Below, piece after piece: positions 1-14,650 of a stretch of DNA of 64,000 bases. Made by a program: the position numbers and the translations under genes. The notes under the pieces are model-generated. The model made no database searches. It was not told the DNA's origin and saw nothing but the letters and a program-made list of their open reading frames with translations. Origin of the DNA: Anolis carolinensis (taxonomy: Eukaryota); the NCBI RefSeq assembly GCF_035594765.1, contig NC_085842.1:253467747-253531746 (forward strand), in the 5' to 3' direction. Position 1 is the stretch's first letter, and each line of letters starts with the position of its first letter.

Positions 1-721
1 GTTACTCCATTCAGGAAAACCATGTAACCATCTCGAAGGTACAAGTCTTAACTCTATGTGGCTCATCAAAAGAAAACTACTCTGTTTCTAGTAGTATGAC
101 TGCACACCTAGGAATGTAATTTAGACTGAAAACATTATGTGTTCTCCCTTCATAATCTATTTTCAAGAGACATTATTATTGTTTTGTTGGCTGCTTCTAT
201 TGCTAATTTCAAGAACCTGTGACCTGTGCTAAGAGGAAATTCAACTGCCATCCTGCTAGAATCGCTGAATAAAGGGGCCAGGGACGTTCATTTTGTGCTT
301 TACTTCAGGTGGTAAATTCTCTTGGGTTGGTCCTCAGGGAGCTGTCATAAATGTGAAGGCTTTTTCCAGTGGAATTGCTGCCAGGTCAAGATTAGAAGCC
401 CTTTCATTTATTTTTCTCAGGAGAGATGGAAAGTTCAAAGACACAAATTCTGACTCAGTATGTGTCATCTTCAGGGTCAGGCAAGATTTTTACAAAGGAC
501 AAATGTTACCCTTTTGCAAGCTGAAAACACAAGTCTAAAACGTGTATTTGAGAATTATGACAAAGGCGCCAAACAAGCCAAATTCAGCATGAATTTGAAA
601 ACCTCCTTCAGGATCTTTTCCATTAATAGGAACCAATTGAAAATCATTTGTTGATGGAAGCCTTCATGCAAAAGAAATTCATTTCATTTTCTCCTATGAC
701 GAGCTTGTGTGTGGTACATAC

Positions 722-757
722 CTGGGTGACAGACATGATGTTGCAGTTGATAAGGGC
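722..757 (-). CDS. HSD17B3: HSD17B3 exon 6; later exons lie left of the window
   Basis: caacag|ALINCNIMSVTQ|gtatgt; 36 nt; matches human SLIHCNITSVVK. Confidence 0.9.
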
Positions 758-1575
758 CTGTTGGGAATAATAAATGAAAGATTATAGGAAAATTTTCTGA
801 TCCAGTAAAAACAAGGAATCATCATAAAATGTAAAAGGATACACCAGAATTGATTTTATTTTCCATTGGCAGGGTCGTTAATAGCTAAGGAAGAAATTCA
901 ACTTTGCATCCATCTATAGTCAGTATTTTATTTACTCAGCTGCAAGTCCCAATTTATTTCAATGCAGTATACTCCAAATAACTATATATTGGACTGCAGG
1001 CAACATTTTACTTTCCTAGCTACATTCAATCCACTGCAAATTTGATAATCCCCTTTGGATCCTTTTGTTTTTCCACCGGTTTTCAGGCATTTATTTGAAC
1101 GGAGGATTTGAAAATCAGAGAAGGACTTATTAAGAGTTACTGTTCAGAAGATATTATGCTACTCTCCAGTTTCCTCCCTCCATAATGGATCATTTTGTGG
1201 AGGAAAAATGACAGAAGTGTTAGTGGAAAAGCACAGGAAATGCAACTGGAACACAATATCATTTTGTCATACAAACACACACTGCAGGACCGTGGTACAA
1301 ATGTCTCCTCTAGAGGCAGAGCATTTTTATTGGCTTGTTTGTTTTTTCAGTTTGGGGGAATAAGTTTTCCAGACAAAAAAGAAAAAATTTCAAGGAACTT
1401 GGCTGGCTAATAATAATTTTGCAGAAATGCCTTTTGCATTTGTAAAGAAACTTCATCAAAATAAACTGAATCAAAATTGCCATGGCTTATTAGCCTTATG
1501 CTTCAACGTTAGTTAGTTGCCATACAAAAGGGAAATGGTTGATCATAGGAGTTCTAATTCAGAAACATTTCTTAC

Positions 1576-1643
1576 CTGATCATTGTCTGGTGCATCAAGA
1601 AAATGGCACGGGATGCTGGTCTGAAGCATTCCAACATTGTTGA
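1576..1643 (-). CDS. HSD17B3: HSD17B3 exon 5 (NNVG motif)
   Basis: gattag|VNNVGMLQTSIPCHFLDAPDNDQ|gtaaga; 68 nt. Confidence 0.95.
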
Positions 1644-2208
1644 CTAATCAAAGGAAGCAAAGTAAGTGCAGTCACACAATTATATAGCACAACTGCAAGA
1701 AATGAATTGTTCTAAAGGGAGAACAAGCTTAGCAAAACTGCCATTTTTAGGAGTGGTGGAAGGCCAGATTAGTTGGGAATAAATTAAGTAAACAGGACAA
1801 GACATTCTTTATGCATTATATTTTGCTGAAATAATGTAGAATTTTTAAAAAGCCAATATGATTGTGTGCATACTTCTACCACGATTCAGCTTCTGATTAG
1901 CTTGGGTTGGGCAGTTTGTTTTTTTGAGATGAGTTGTGGTTTGGTGATGCATCCTGACTTAATAGTTCAGAAGGAATAATTAAGAGACTGATCTGAGAAT
2001 TCAGTGAATCAACAAAAAACATCTCCTAAGTGATATCTAGCGATTTCTTAGAAAAAATTCAAACACGTATTAATCTGTTGTGACTCTTATTAATTATGTT
2101 CTTTAAACTCTGCTGTTTCATTTTTGAAGATCTTATGAAAGAAATCATCAGTAAGTATGGCTTTCTAATACATTGCCAATTTTTTTTAAAAAAATGTATA
2201 CATCAGTA

Positions 2209-2530
2209 GACCCCCTGGTGACAAAGTGGGTTAAACCTCTGAGCTGCAGAACTTGCTGACTGAAAGGTCAGAGGTTCAAATCTAGGGAGTGGGGTGAGCT
2301 CCCGCTGTTAAGCCCAGCTTCTAGCAGTTCAAAAACATGCAAATGTGAGTAGATCAATAGGTCCCGCTTCTGCGTAAAGATAACAGTGCTCCATGCAGTC
2401 ATGTTGGCTACATGACCTAGGAGATGTCTATGGACAATGCCAGTTCTTCAGCTTAGAAATGGAGATGAGCACCACTCCCCAGAATTGGACATGACTAGAC
2501 AATGTCAAGGGAAACCTTTACCTTTACCTA
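2209..2530 (+). mobile_element. Sauria-type SINE
   Basis: tRNA-like head with GGTTCAAATC box B, ACCTTT-repeat tail, flanking TATACATC duplication. Confidence 0.85.
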
Positions 2531-2971
2531 TATACATCGTTGGTTTTCTGATGTCTCAGATTTTTCTCTGAATTAGCCCTTCTGAACTATTTGGTCAATG
2601 CACTGTCCAGTCACAGGGACAGGTCACCCCATTTCAGAAAATCCATCTCAGAAGGCATTTTTATTGCCAGATTTAAATGGATGCTTGACAGAATACAGAG
2701 TATTAGGCAGAGAGATGAAGCCGCCTTAGGTGGTAGATTTGGGCAAACATAAAAATAAAGCAAATTTGTCCTTATTTCCTTCATTATTATTTAATACCCC
2801 GTGGGAATTATGAAATTTTATGGCATATGTGCCAAAATAATCTGGCTTACCTAGGAAATATTCTGTGTGTCTTTACATGGAGTGAGATGGGATGGGCATT
2901 TGCCTATCCGCTCAGGCAGTGAAAGTCTTGGGCCAACTTTGACTCCTGAAAAACACCCTTATATCACTTAC

Positions 2972-3079
2972 CCAAAATTCCAACTTCTAATCCTTGAAGG
3001 CTTTTTTCAATATCACTATATATGTCCATTTTGGTGAAGTCAGCTTGTATGATTTTCACTCTTTGTCCTGTGGTCTGCT
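2972..3079 (-). CDS. HSD17B3: HSD17B3 exon 4
   Basis: acgaag|[36 protein letters not shown]|gtaagt; 108 nt. Confidence 0.95.
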
Positions 3080-3395
3080 CTTCGTGGAAAAACAAGAAAC
3101 AAGTCTAATTCTGTGCTGTTTGAAAATTTGCAGTTTAGCTGCAAGATGGTGCCCATGGGTCACTATGTATTAAATCTATCTTACGAGCAGTGATGCACAA
3201 TGGAAAACACTTTAATTCAAGCATTTAATTCTACATCTTTAGAAATGGGGAAGGGCCTAAATATCCCAAAGGCAGCAGATCCTATCTTAGAAGGTAAATA
3301 GGGTCAGTCCTGTTTAGTACTTGGTACACACACCTTGTTGGCTCACAAGAAAAATGTCAACATTCATAGTTGGGCAGCAACTTTGAGCTGACTGA

Positions 3396-3535
3396 GGGCC
3401 CTTCCACACATCCATATAACCCAGAATATCAAGGCAGAAAATCCCACAATATCTGCTTTGAACTGGAATATCTGAATATATTCCAGTTCAAAGCAGAAAA
3501 TGTGGGATTTTATTCAGCTGTGTGGAAAAGGGCCC
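3396..3535. mobile_element. PIF/Harbinger-type MITE; relatives at 20444-20595, 41088-41155, 56966-57100 and 59011-59130
   Basis: TIR GGGCCCTTCCACAC; 3-bp TSD TGA. Confidence 0.75.
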
Positions 3536-4031
3536 TGAGTCTAATCCTATGTTTTTATATCATCCTATACCCCATTGTAAGACTAAACCAAAGCAATTTT
3601 TAAAAATCCCCCATGTTGTTTTATGTCCCCTATGACCACTAATATGGGAGAAATTGAAAAAATGAGACTACATTAGTCTTGATAAAGGTATTTTCTAATT
3701 TAGAGCTTGGAAAGTTTACTTTTAGAACTATAGTTTCTAGTATCCCTTAGCCTAATTGCACGATTGCGGCAGTGATAGCTCAAAAATTAACATTTTAAAA
3801 ATGAAATCAAGTTATATTGCAGCCAATTAACCATTTCTTATTATTTCATGGTTTATACATGTTGCGTGGATGGTTAGATGGAAAACAACATTGCTATAAT
3901 GCACATAAAATATTACACTTATCTGCAGCTCATGAAAGAAGCAAACTAGGAAGTGAAAAGAGAACAAACTATAGATGCATGGTTAAAGGTTTAGAAAAAG
4001 AAAGTTAGTTTTATTTTTTTTATATACTTAC

Positions 4032-4107
4032 CAATGTCCAAGGCTACTCTCTGCATTTTTTGGAATGTTCTGCTAATCAAAACAATATTTAGTCCCCGTT
4101 TGGCTAA
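4032..4107 (-). CDS. HSD17B3: HSD17B3 exon 3
   Basis: ctacag|LAKRGLNIVLISRTFQKMQRVALDI|gtaagt; 76 nt. Confidence 0.95.
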
Positions 4108-4627
4108 CTGTAGAAACAAGATTTAAACATAGAAACATTTCAGTATCTGAGTGATGGCAATGTGATGGGGCATTCATTTATTAGATGGAATTTCATTATC
4201 ATGTTGTCTGGCAGCCAGATATATGTCTTGCTTAGGTATTTTTCCAAAGTATGCTTCAACACTGGACTGCCTCTAAGATTATGAGCTGCTATTTTACTGA
4301 GCTCAGTGCTGACCCACGATAGTTGAGTGCCTGTGGCAAAGGAAAAGGTGGGCTCCTTCTTTTCCCCATTTCCCTACAGAAGCCAACAGTTGAATAGATA
4401 TGACCTATCACTGGCAGTGGTAACTGTTTTGGTTTAGGGGCAGAAAAGTCTATATGGTGACTCAAATGCTCCCCAAAATATCTGCCACCTGAGAAGATTG
4501 CCTCACTCTATCGAAAATGAGAATTGGCCCTGTTGTAAAGGTTATTTTTAAAATGTCTACAAAGATTCTGACAAATATTCTAAACTACTGTATCAATCTT
4601 AAGTAATTGTGTAGATGCTCTTCTTAC

Positions 4628-4674
4628 CTCAATGGAATAGGCTCTTCCAATGCCATCTCCTGCTCCCGTAATCA
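4628..4674 (-). CDS. HSD17B3: HSD17B3 exon 2 (SDR Rossmann TGxxxGIG motif)
   Basis: ttttag|..VITGAGDGIGRAYSIE|gtaaga; 47 nt, phase-consistent. Confidence 0.95.
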
Positions 4675-4732
4675 CTAAAAGATCAAAAGATCATGATCTT
4701 TCTTTGTGAAATTCTTTCTTGCGTATAAATTA

Positions 4733-5021
4733 CATAGTTTAGCCAAAGAAAATTCTTGTTGTCTTAGCTTTTAGGTCTGTTCCTGGGATTCTTTGGGGTG
4801 ATGATTCAGGAAATTGCATTGGGTAGACCACATCAACTCAAGTTTCTTAGATATGGTTATCTATGGGCAAGCAGATGGTGACTGGTATATGGCATATGTT
4901 CTGTATCTCAAAAATTAGAGTAGATATGGAAAGGCTGGTGCCATTTTTGGAATCAGCAGGTCAAACTTATACCTAGAAACAAGGCCAGTATTCCAGACAC
5001 CAAACTGTATCTTGGCCAGTG
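4733..5021. mobile_element. Second CA..TG-ended family with TTA TSD; copies at about 31690-31978, 57277-57968 and 60984-61279
   Basis: Shared ttcagaaaattgcattggatagaccacatcagctctagtttcttagatatg core; TTA on both flanks. Confidence 0.7.
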
Positions 5022-6356
5022 TTATCTCAGATCTATGGGTCTTTGTGTGGGCATCCCAGACTTCTCTGTCTTCAGGAAGATAAAGTCACATTTTGTACAA
5101 TTGAGAGAGTGAAGAATTAAAGCAAAATGATAAAATAATTAACCCAAATGAGAGATGCTATTAACAGTTTAAAAGATGCTGTTCTTGGGTAACCTTTGTG
5201 CCTGATGAATGGAGCTCAGGATTTTGTTATTGGATTAAAGCTTTAATTCATACATTTTCTAGAGGAGGATATACATTGATATTTATATTTATATCATCTC
5301 AAAATATTAACTTGGATCCTAAATTTTCAATTAGTTTATATCCATTATCTAGGAATTAGTCCCACTGAACTAAATGGAACTTATTTCTAAAATAGATACA
5401 GATTTGCACCAAATAGATACAGGTTAGCACCCACACACATACTCTCCACACAGCCACTAGACTGCTACCCAAAAAGTCTTTTTTGAGGATGAAGGCATGC
5501 CTTGAGCAATATAGTATGAGAAACTGTGGGATAGGGTCTTAAAACAAAGAATTAAAGGAAATTAATTGTATTAAAATAACCTTTCATTCTGCAAACATCC
5601 TTAAATCAACATAAGATTCACTTGTGTTTTTTTCAATTGGACTTTTAATTTAAATTATAGTGTGTTTGTCTAATTTGTCTACTGTGAATTTATGATGTTG
5701 TGTAGACTGTTTATTGCCTATGTTTGTTTGTTTTTTTGCACTTGTTGTATTTTGTGAGCCGTCTTGAGTCCCTCTGGGAGATGGTGGCGGGATATAAATA
5801 AAGTTTTATTATTAATTTCCAGAAAGCTCCTATGCATGCCTATCTCAAAATAAGTCTCACTGACTCTTCAGCAAGTGGATATTGGACTGAAGATTTGCAG
5901 TACAATCTTATGTGTGTTTACTTGGAAGTAAACCACACAGTGTTCACTAAGGTTTCATCTCTAAAAAGTGTGCACAGTCTTAATTTATTTTGATTTTTTC
6001 CTTCAATATGCTATTATTTGCACATTTATGTTGCTGTGTCCATTTGTTTCCTTTTGTGGGACATGTATATCTCAATATTCTAATAGAACAAAATACTTTT
6101 GAAAGAAGATAAAAAACACTGAGCTATAAAGGGCTACGCCTCTTTTATGAAGTACTGTAACTCTAAACTGGCTCAGCTGTCACTAGCTATGGAATGAGTG
6201 CTGTTTTAATCTGAGTTTTATGTTGTTTACATACTTATATGCTTTATTCAATTGTATTTTATATTGTGTTTATGTTCTGCTTTTTAGGCACCTTGTGCCT
6301 TGTATAAGCCTCCTCAAGTCCCTTTGGGGAGATGGCGGCAGGATTTAAGAATAAAG

Positions 6357-6377
6357 CTGTTGTTGTTGTTGTTGTTG

Positions 6378-6427
<50 letters not shown>

Positions 6428-6428
6428 T
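6357..6428. repeat. (GTT)n(ATT)n microsatellite (retroelement tail)
   Basis: Directly visible. Confidence 0.95.
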
Positions 6429-7342
6429 ATTAAAGACGATAGCAGCAATCCTATGCATTTTCACCAAGCAGCAAGACAACTGAGCTGATAAGAACCTACC
6501 TCTGAGTACATCTGCTTAGAATTAAATTGCAGATTTGGGTTAAAAGAAGCCGATAGCAAGTTCCCTTGTATGTACAGTACATAATGCATCCAACTATAAA
6601 GTTTTACTGGCAGAAAAAACACCATCCCATAAAAGAAAGGTTTGGAGTATTCTGATTTTGCAAGATGAAGAATTCACATGCAGCCACATACATCAATACA
6701 CACACATATATACTGTATACAGGATGAACCATAACATGGTATATAATTTTGCAAGCTTTCAGGTCTCCCAGAACTCTTCATCTGGCAAAGAGGCACCACA
6801 GATCAACTTCTCCCCTTATCACCTCTATTTTGCTATTACTCAATGAAGAATTTTGGAGGACTCAAGAGCCTGCACAGTCCCAATAAAGGCATTGCTTTCA
6901 TTTTAACAAAATAAAAGTCAGTTCATAAATGAACATTTGCTGCCACAACACATTATTTTTTATTTTAATTACTGAGTAAGCCCAATGCAGAATTATCTTT
7001 TTATTTTAAATTTGATAAACTTTATATTAAAAAGAATGTTATATTTGCATTAATATAGTAGCACACATTGAAATGTTGGAAAACAGGAACCTGCCATACA
7101 CCAAAACAAACCTTAAGCGCATCTAGTTTGGTATTATCTCTAGTCCAGTAACAGGTAGATGCTCTCAAGAGCTTCAGAGAAAGGTTCCTCCCAAGCTACG
7201 GATGCCAGGAATTGAACCTGGCACACAAACCTTCCATTTTACCACACAAACAAAAATCTTCAATTTTATCACCAAACTAACTGGCATTCCTATTAACATT
7301 GTATCACATCAACAACAACAAGGAAGAGGAGAGTTCCTTTAC

Positions 7343-7496
7343 CTGCCCATTCCCCCATTGATTGGAAAAAAGTTGGGGGCAAAGTACTTCGTATGTATGG
7401 GAAGACATACTTCAGGAACCGAAGGCTCTTCACCAGGAAAACCAGACAAACAATACTTCCAAGGACAGTAAGCAGATGTTGCTGGAATTCACCCAT
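7343..7496 (-). CDS. HSD17B3: 17-beta-hydroxysteroid dehydrogenase 3, coding exon 1
   Basis: ATG at 7496; MGEFQQHLLTVLGSIVCLVFLVKSLRFLKYVFPYIRSTLPPTFFQSMGEWA resembles the HSD17B3 N-terminal anchor (human ...LPKSFLRSMGQWA); G|gtaaag donor; 154 nt. Confidence 0.93.
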
Positions 7497-10400
7497 GAGG
7501 AACAATTACAAGGATCCAAGATCACGTATTGCCACTGTCTGCCTCTCTCACTTGCTGCTGATACACTGGAGCTCTGGCAACAGATACAAACTGAAACATA
7601 AAATGGTCTCCCTAATCATGAACCCCTGAGTCATAAGCATCTCCCATCCTCCCCTCAAAGAATGTGCCAGAAGTTAGAACAGAAGGGCATTTTTGGCCCA
7701 GATATGGGAACTTCGGGACAGGCAAACACAGTGACTGTCCTTACCCCCACCTCAAAAATAGGAGATGTGGAGCCAGGCTAATAATATACCTTCATCTCTA
7801 GCTGGAGCAAAGAATGAATATGTTTGGGTTTATTTGCATGAACATTAAGATTATGCTCACTCACACCATATCCACACTATTATATAAATTAGTTTTTCCC
7901 AAATGGGTGTCCTCTAGATATAATAAATTACAATACCTGTCCAACTAGCTTTCTCAAATGTTGACTCAGGACCTCATCACATTTAATAGGGGAAAGTGGG
8001 GGAAAGCATAGGGAACTGTGTTACCCCATTCCCTCCTATCTTTTCTTGTCTTATGGGATGACCAGCCATCCCACGTCCTTTTTGTGTCTTACCGCTTCTT
8101 CCCCCCTCTTTCCCCCACATTCTTCATTCAGGAGTTGGGTAACACCCGACTCCTGGAGACAATTTTTGGGCTCAGTTTCCATGCACTGCAGAAATAGAGT
8201 CCCATAGAGTCCCATTGAGTCCCATTGGAAGTGCCCTTATTTCTTCTGATGGCCTTCAAGGGATTCCATTTCTTCAGGACATGAAAGGGGAGCCCAAAGG
8301 CCATCTGATGAAGTACTCAGCTTTGAACACCTCAAATTGTATTCCTGCTCTTTAGTATCCAAATTACCATTCTTGTCTCTTCCCTTTTCATGAACAAGCA
8401 GAAATATTACATGGCATACTACAGAGAACCCTTCAAAATGTTCCCTCAGATTAAATAACTAGAATTAGAACTAGAAAACCACCAGAGAGGGAGTGAGATT
8501 AGTCTTTATAGTTAGTTATTCATGTTTTAGTATCCAATTATGTATATCTTTGTATTGGTGTGTTTTATGTTTTGTGTTTATATGATTTTTGTGTGTGTTG
8601 TCATCTGTATGTTTTTTCTATGAGTTAGAAAGTAGATTATTGGGGTGTTTTTTAACGTATAACTTTATGATGTGCTTGTTCATATCACCTTCTCCCATAC
8701 AATCCGTCCCAAACACTGAGGTCCTTTGGAGGGTGGCTACTCCAGCCAGCCAGAACCTGACTGGTGACGGTCACCCAGAGAACCTTTACATCAGCCACCC
8801 CAACAACCTGCTGGAAGAACTATGATAGCTAAATGAGCTGTCGGAATTTAAAACACATCTGAAGACATATCTGTGCATTTTATATAACAATGATTCGCTG
8901 TTTAGCTACGTTGTAATCCACCTCGACCCACAAGGAGAGGTGAGTAAGAAATAAAATGATAATGATGATTATTATTATATTTGTATTTCCCTATCAATAA
9001 AAATTAGTAGCAAAAAGATTCACTTTTTAGACTGCAACTTGAAAAGTCCTCCAAACAGTATGGTCCCCAAGTATCATGTCCATAACATTAGAAATACTAC
9101 TTCCTGTTTTTAAACTTTCCCTTCAGACCAAAGTACAACAAGGGATATGGGCCTATGTTATTTTATCTACTATGTGATTTTAAAAATAAAAACAACATGT
9201 GTGTCACAGGTTCACAATTGTGCAGCAATATGCGTTTAGTGATGGCAAGGAATTAGTTTTGGGTGAGTTAGAGCTTTGCCCCTCAGCCATTCAAAATGGC
9301 TACATCACTGACATCATCAAGTCTCCAAGAGGAAGCAAAGAGTGCTTTACTTGGCACTGTGGTAGGTATTGTGGTGGTGGTGTCTTTAAGCTGTTTCCAA
9401 CCCATAGTGACCCTAAGGAAGGCCTCTCAAAGGGTTTTCTTAGAAGGAATTGTTCAAATGAGGTTTCCTCTGTGGTTGAGATGGAGTGACTTACCCAAGG
9501 CTATCCACTAGGTTTCAAGACTGAGCAAGAATTCAATCCCTAGTTTTATAGTCCAAGGCACAAACTACTGCACCAAATAACCCAACGTTATTCTGTATCT
9601 TTCTCTTTTTCTTTATAGGGAAGGTAGGAATAGCAAAGTTGTCTGTTCTCAAATGGCTGGAAGGAGCAAGGGAAAGGAATCTTTAGGGTTATTTCCGATC
9701 AGTTAGTCAAGACAACACCAAGCATCCCCTTGTGTTCTTATCCCTTTAGTATCATCTGGTGACTCCCCTGTTGGTTAGGTAGACCCTATATTGGGAGGAA
9801 GATGAGACAGAAATATTTTTTAAAACAAATCATTCTGAGTTTTAGTCAGAGGTACATTGAAACAGTCCAAGGTGTTGAACCCTATCCTTCAGAGGAGTTC
9901 AGCACCTTGGATAGCTCATTTAAAACTTGGATTAAAATAAGGAGTGAATACACTACTGCACTGAGATTGGAGCAACCAACAAGAAGGGCAAGTGGCATTT
10001 AAAACTGGTTGCTCTCAGCCGGCATTTGCAACTCAAGCCCAGAGCAGACAGTCTATCCTCCTCTCCCCTGCATCTGGAAAGGAGTGAAATATTCAGCTGG
10101 CACTTGCATCAAAAGGAATCCTTGCAAGACCAGCCAAGATAGTCACAGGGATTCCTTGTAGCCTAAGACAGGCCTTGACTACTAGAATAACATACATTTT
10201 ACTGGCAACTATGTGTGAACAGATAAAATTAGGGTACCCTGTAAGCTCCCTTTTTGTATTGTCTGTTTTGTTCACTCCCCACTAGTACACTGATATTGTC
10301 TAATTTCATTTGTGTTTACAATTCCTCCTCCATCAGTCATCTTTTTCTTGGCAATATACTGTGGGCCCTCCATACCATGGGTTCTGCATCCACAGATTAA

Positions 10401-11773
10401 ACCAACCACAGCTCAAAAATATATTTTATAAATCCCAAAAACCAAACCTCAGTGTTGCCTTGCACTGAATAATACATTAATATGTAGACATGCCCTGCTG
10501 TAGCTATCCGCCATTTCACAGATCCTCAGACTCTCTCTGGCATTCGTTTGAGTTGTTCCAACATGTTATATAAGGGATGCCATTTTACTATGCCATTGTA
10601 TAACATCGGATTTGTATCTCCACAGATTTTGGTATCCAGAAAATCCTGGGACCAAGCTGCAACAGATATCAAGGGCCCTCTGTACTCTAACTGTATCCTG
10701 CAGACTCCATTCATCTCCATCTTGTTGCTAAGTGTCATCAAGTTAGTTTCAAGCAACTTGCGGTTTCTCAAGTAGCTCCTGACATGAATGGGAAAAAATC
10801 CCTATGACTACCCTGTGAATGAGAGACCTCCAAAATACCCTATTGTTAAGAGCCTTGATCTCTAACTATAAGCTCTATACTTTTCCTAATATGCATTTTT
10901 CCTTTCACTTCAGAAGTTCTCTGACACTTGATTTCAACACATGTTTAATGTCACAAGCCACTAGAGATAAAATTCTCAACTGCAGGGGTAAGAAATTATG
11001 TTTTGGTCAGCATTTATTAGTTACCATTAGCCAGTATAGTCTGATGGAGAGGGATGATAGGATTAGCAGTCCAAAACATCCACTAATTTCATGATTTTTT
11101 TCTGTTATCTCCAATGCATATCCATTCTACTTTTCATTTCTAATTACACCAAATCCCACATGATTTCATAGGATACCATAATTTCAGTGGCATTTTAGGG
11201 AACACAGTATAAGGAGATGGGCAGAGAAGAGATGACCACATTATGAAAGGTTACTTTAGGATTTGCTCTCTCTGTTAAGCAGTTACCTTTAATGATGACC
11301 ATACAAATACAACCAGCACAATAAAAAGGAAATCTATTATTCACACATTTATCAGACACAGCATATTTTTTGGTATCAGATGTGCTTTTTCAGTGCATCC
11401 ACTGTTAGTCTAGTCCAATCCAATATCCTGGACCTCAATGAACCCTTGGGAGTTTTGAATTGTGTAGTCTGCACCTCCAACACCTTACTAATGCAAAGGA
11501 CCACCAAGAAGAAAATTGCATGACTTTACAAATGACATTTCATGGTTTGCCAGCAATAACTTCATGCAGGTGAATATTGTTGAAAGACATCTTGCATGTG
11601 ATAGGTTCGTCTATATGCGTGCACTTGTACTACAAGGATAGAAATCATGTATAGACAGTATATGATACTCCAAGGCCCTGACTCTGGTTCCAACTCTTCC
11701 AATTGCTAGGGAAAAAATGCCTCTTAAAAAGAGAATTGTATCCTAAATGCTTACAAGAACTATTACCCATTTA

Positions 11774-12034
11774 AGCCCTCGGTGGCGTAGTGGATTAAGC
11801 TTTGTGACTTGAAGGTTGGGTTGCTGACCTGAAGGCTGCCAGGTTCGAATCCCACCCAGGGAGAGCACGGATGAGCTCCCTCTATCAGCTTCAGCTCCAT
11901 GCGGGAACATGAGAGAAGCCTCCCACAAGGATAGTAAAAACATCAAAACATCCGGGCGTCCCCTGGGCAACTTGCAGACGGCTAATTCTCTCACTCCAGA
12001 AGTGACTCAAGTTGCTCCTGACACACACAAAAAA
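11774..12034 (+). mobile_element. tRNA-derived SINE (second family)
   Basis: Box A GGTGGCGTAGTGG, box B GGTTCGAATCCC, CA/A-rich tail. Confidence 0.75.
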
Positions 12035-14197
12035 GCTATTGGTCTTGGTTATTAAGTCACTCCTAGTATTGTTTGCTCTATGCTGGGATCCCAGTGTTTC
12101 ATGAGTAGTAACCATGTAGTTTTCTTCAGAAGCACATTAGGTGAGCAGTCAATGCCATTCACAGAAAACAAGAGACAGGTCTCAAAATGTTCAAAAGACG
12201 GTTGTTTATTGGTGGAAGAGGCCAATGCCTTTTGGTCTGCAGGACCTTCTTAGGGGGCTATATAAAAGGATACCATGTAATAATTAATGCCACATCACAT
12301 AAAATCATTACATTTGTGCATTACCTATTTCCCATATATATCTCCTTATACTCAAACTGTAGAAATTTCTGAACCAGGAACTCTTGCAACATTTACTAGA
12401 CAAATCAAAACATGTGAGCAAGGTCTTAAAGTTTTTAATATTTTGCAAGAAGATGATAAAAAAACATAGATAACATTCAAGGACATCTTATGATTTTATA
12501 TAGTCCCTTGAGGAAGGCTTAAATAGGCAAAAGTTCATCAGATATTTCTATCAACCTTTTTTCCCTGAGATTAAGATGTATCTTCCCCTTGTGATTTTCT
12601 TGCAATTATGGAAAACTTCTCTGTGTACATATGTCTTTAATAACTGGTGTTCTTTGAAATGAACAAAGAAACATGAGTAATGGATGGATTGGTGCAGTGT
12701 CTGTACCCATTGAGAACGAAGCTTCTGCTTGTTTTGTGCTGATCATGTAGAGAGATTGATTAAACAATGACCCATTTATATTGAAACACATTTGTACCCC
12801 TAAGTCAGGAATAGGAAACGTTTAGCTTCCCACAAATTTTGGTCTACAACTCCTAGATGACCCAGCTCACCATGGCCAATGGTAAGGAGCTGCAGAAGTT
12901 ACAACCCAAAGAAACTGAAAGGCACCGTGCCTCTCTAGCCCCCACATTTGTGAAGTTTGCTGGAATCTCAGATAAATAATACATCTCAAAATGTGAATAT
13001 CTAAAGAAATACATACCATTTTAAAATGCACATAAACAAGATTTAGTCAATGGGGGAAATGTTACCTTAGGCAACGGACAAGAAAAATGTGCATGGTACC
13101 CATAACACAAATTTCCCTGTGAAACATCCCCAAAAATCCTTGTAGCTCAGTACAAAACAGGAACAAGACAAATTACAAAATGAGATTCAAAGAAATGCAA
13201 TACAAGATAATACTGTTGTAATTCTCTGAGAGTTCCCATTTATTCACATCTTTAGCAATGTGGCTGACCTGGAGAGGGATCTTAGCATTGTGGTGAACTG
13301 GTTAAAAATATTGATTCAGTTTACACTCAGTATGAAAAGAGGAAAATTCAATTTTGAGGCCAATTAGGAAAGGAATCAAAAATAAATCTGTCCAAAGTGT
13401 AGTGCCCTTCAGCAAACTTCCAACATATTACTGATGAGAAAGAAAAGGCACAGGAAAGGCAACCAAAATGATCTGAAAGTTGGAGCAATTTTCCTTCATC
13501 ATCCATTTGTTCTCACACACACATTCTCTATCCATATACCTACCTACATTCTTCTCTCACAGAAAACTGTTAATCCATTTTCTCACACATATATCCTCAC
13601 ATGGTCACCTATCTGTTCACAAACCCTAGTAACCTTTAGAGACCTCTGTTCAACAAAATTACAACTATGTAATCACAGATGAAACAGCCTTCTCTGGATT
13701 CAGACCATAGTCTCTATTTCACTTCGTTCCCATGAAATATTTTGACAGAGAGCAATTTGTGGATTGTTGTTCCTATTTAGTGGTGATTAGTGGCTCTACT
13801 TTAGTCCCCAGATTTTAGTTTCAAAGAAGATATTTAACATGCTGAACCTTAATAGAGTTTAATATATTCATCATTTTGGATAGTTTCTTTAAATTTCTTT
13901 AAAAACCCAAGTGGATTCACCACTCTGCTAGCATGCAACCCACCAACTGCCACTATTTTTACTTCATTTTTTTGTAAAAAAAAAAAATGTGGATGCTGAG
14001 GACTGACGCATCTCCATTCAAAGTCTGTGCAGTACACTGAACTACGGCTCCCATTTTAAGAATTTTAATATGTGAAATATTTGTGGCCAAGATGTTATGC
14101 ATTGATATAAAAAGTTTACATTTAAGTTTCTTCTTTGATCTTCTGAAGTTTTCCTTTTGCAAATACAGGTTTTATTTCCTTTTAATTAGTATGATTA

Positions 14198-14489
14198 CAG
14201 CCAGTCCCCAAGTTACAAATATCTGATTTACAAACAACTCATAGTTAAGAACTAGGGTGAGACAACAAGAAGTGAGAGAAATCTACCCCTCGGAAGGGAA
14301 ATTCACTCCTGGAAGAGTTATCATGGGGAAAAGGTGTGTCCCCTGAAGCTTTAGCTCCAATCCTTGTCTCCACAATAAGCCATTTTTTTCAAAATCCAAT
14401 TCACCCAGGGACAGAAAGTGAGGGGAAATCTTCTGAACAGGGGCACAGACAGCAAAACAAACACCACAGAGCTGTTAACTTTTCCCTGT

Positions 14490-14550
<61 letters not shown>

Positions 14551-14650
14551 GGAGTTACACTTGAAAAATGTACCTGTTCTGACTTACAAACAAATTCAAC
14601 TTAAGAACAAACCTACAGAACCTATCTTGTTTGTAACTTGGGTACTGCAT
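14198..14650. mobile_element. Tc1/mariner-type element containing an (ATCT)n microsatellite
   Basis: Imperfect TIR CAGCCAGTCCCCAAGTTACAAA / TTTGTAACTTGGGTACTGCATG. Confidence 0.65.

Noticed and set aside
430-470. Possible HSD17B3 exon 7 (ag|ATGACACAT...)
   Set aside because: Translates MTHTESEFVSL, not the expected MTxxILxxM, and lacks a donor at 35 nt; exon 7 is probably outside the window.
6300-6488. Poly-Leu/Ile/Tyr ORFs (also 18331, 30368, 54190, 54216)
   Set aside because: Translations of trinucleotide microsatellites.
11774-11860. tRNA gene
   Set aside because: A and B boxes are present but there is no cloverleaf, and the sequence continues into a SINE body and tail.
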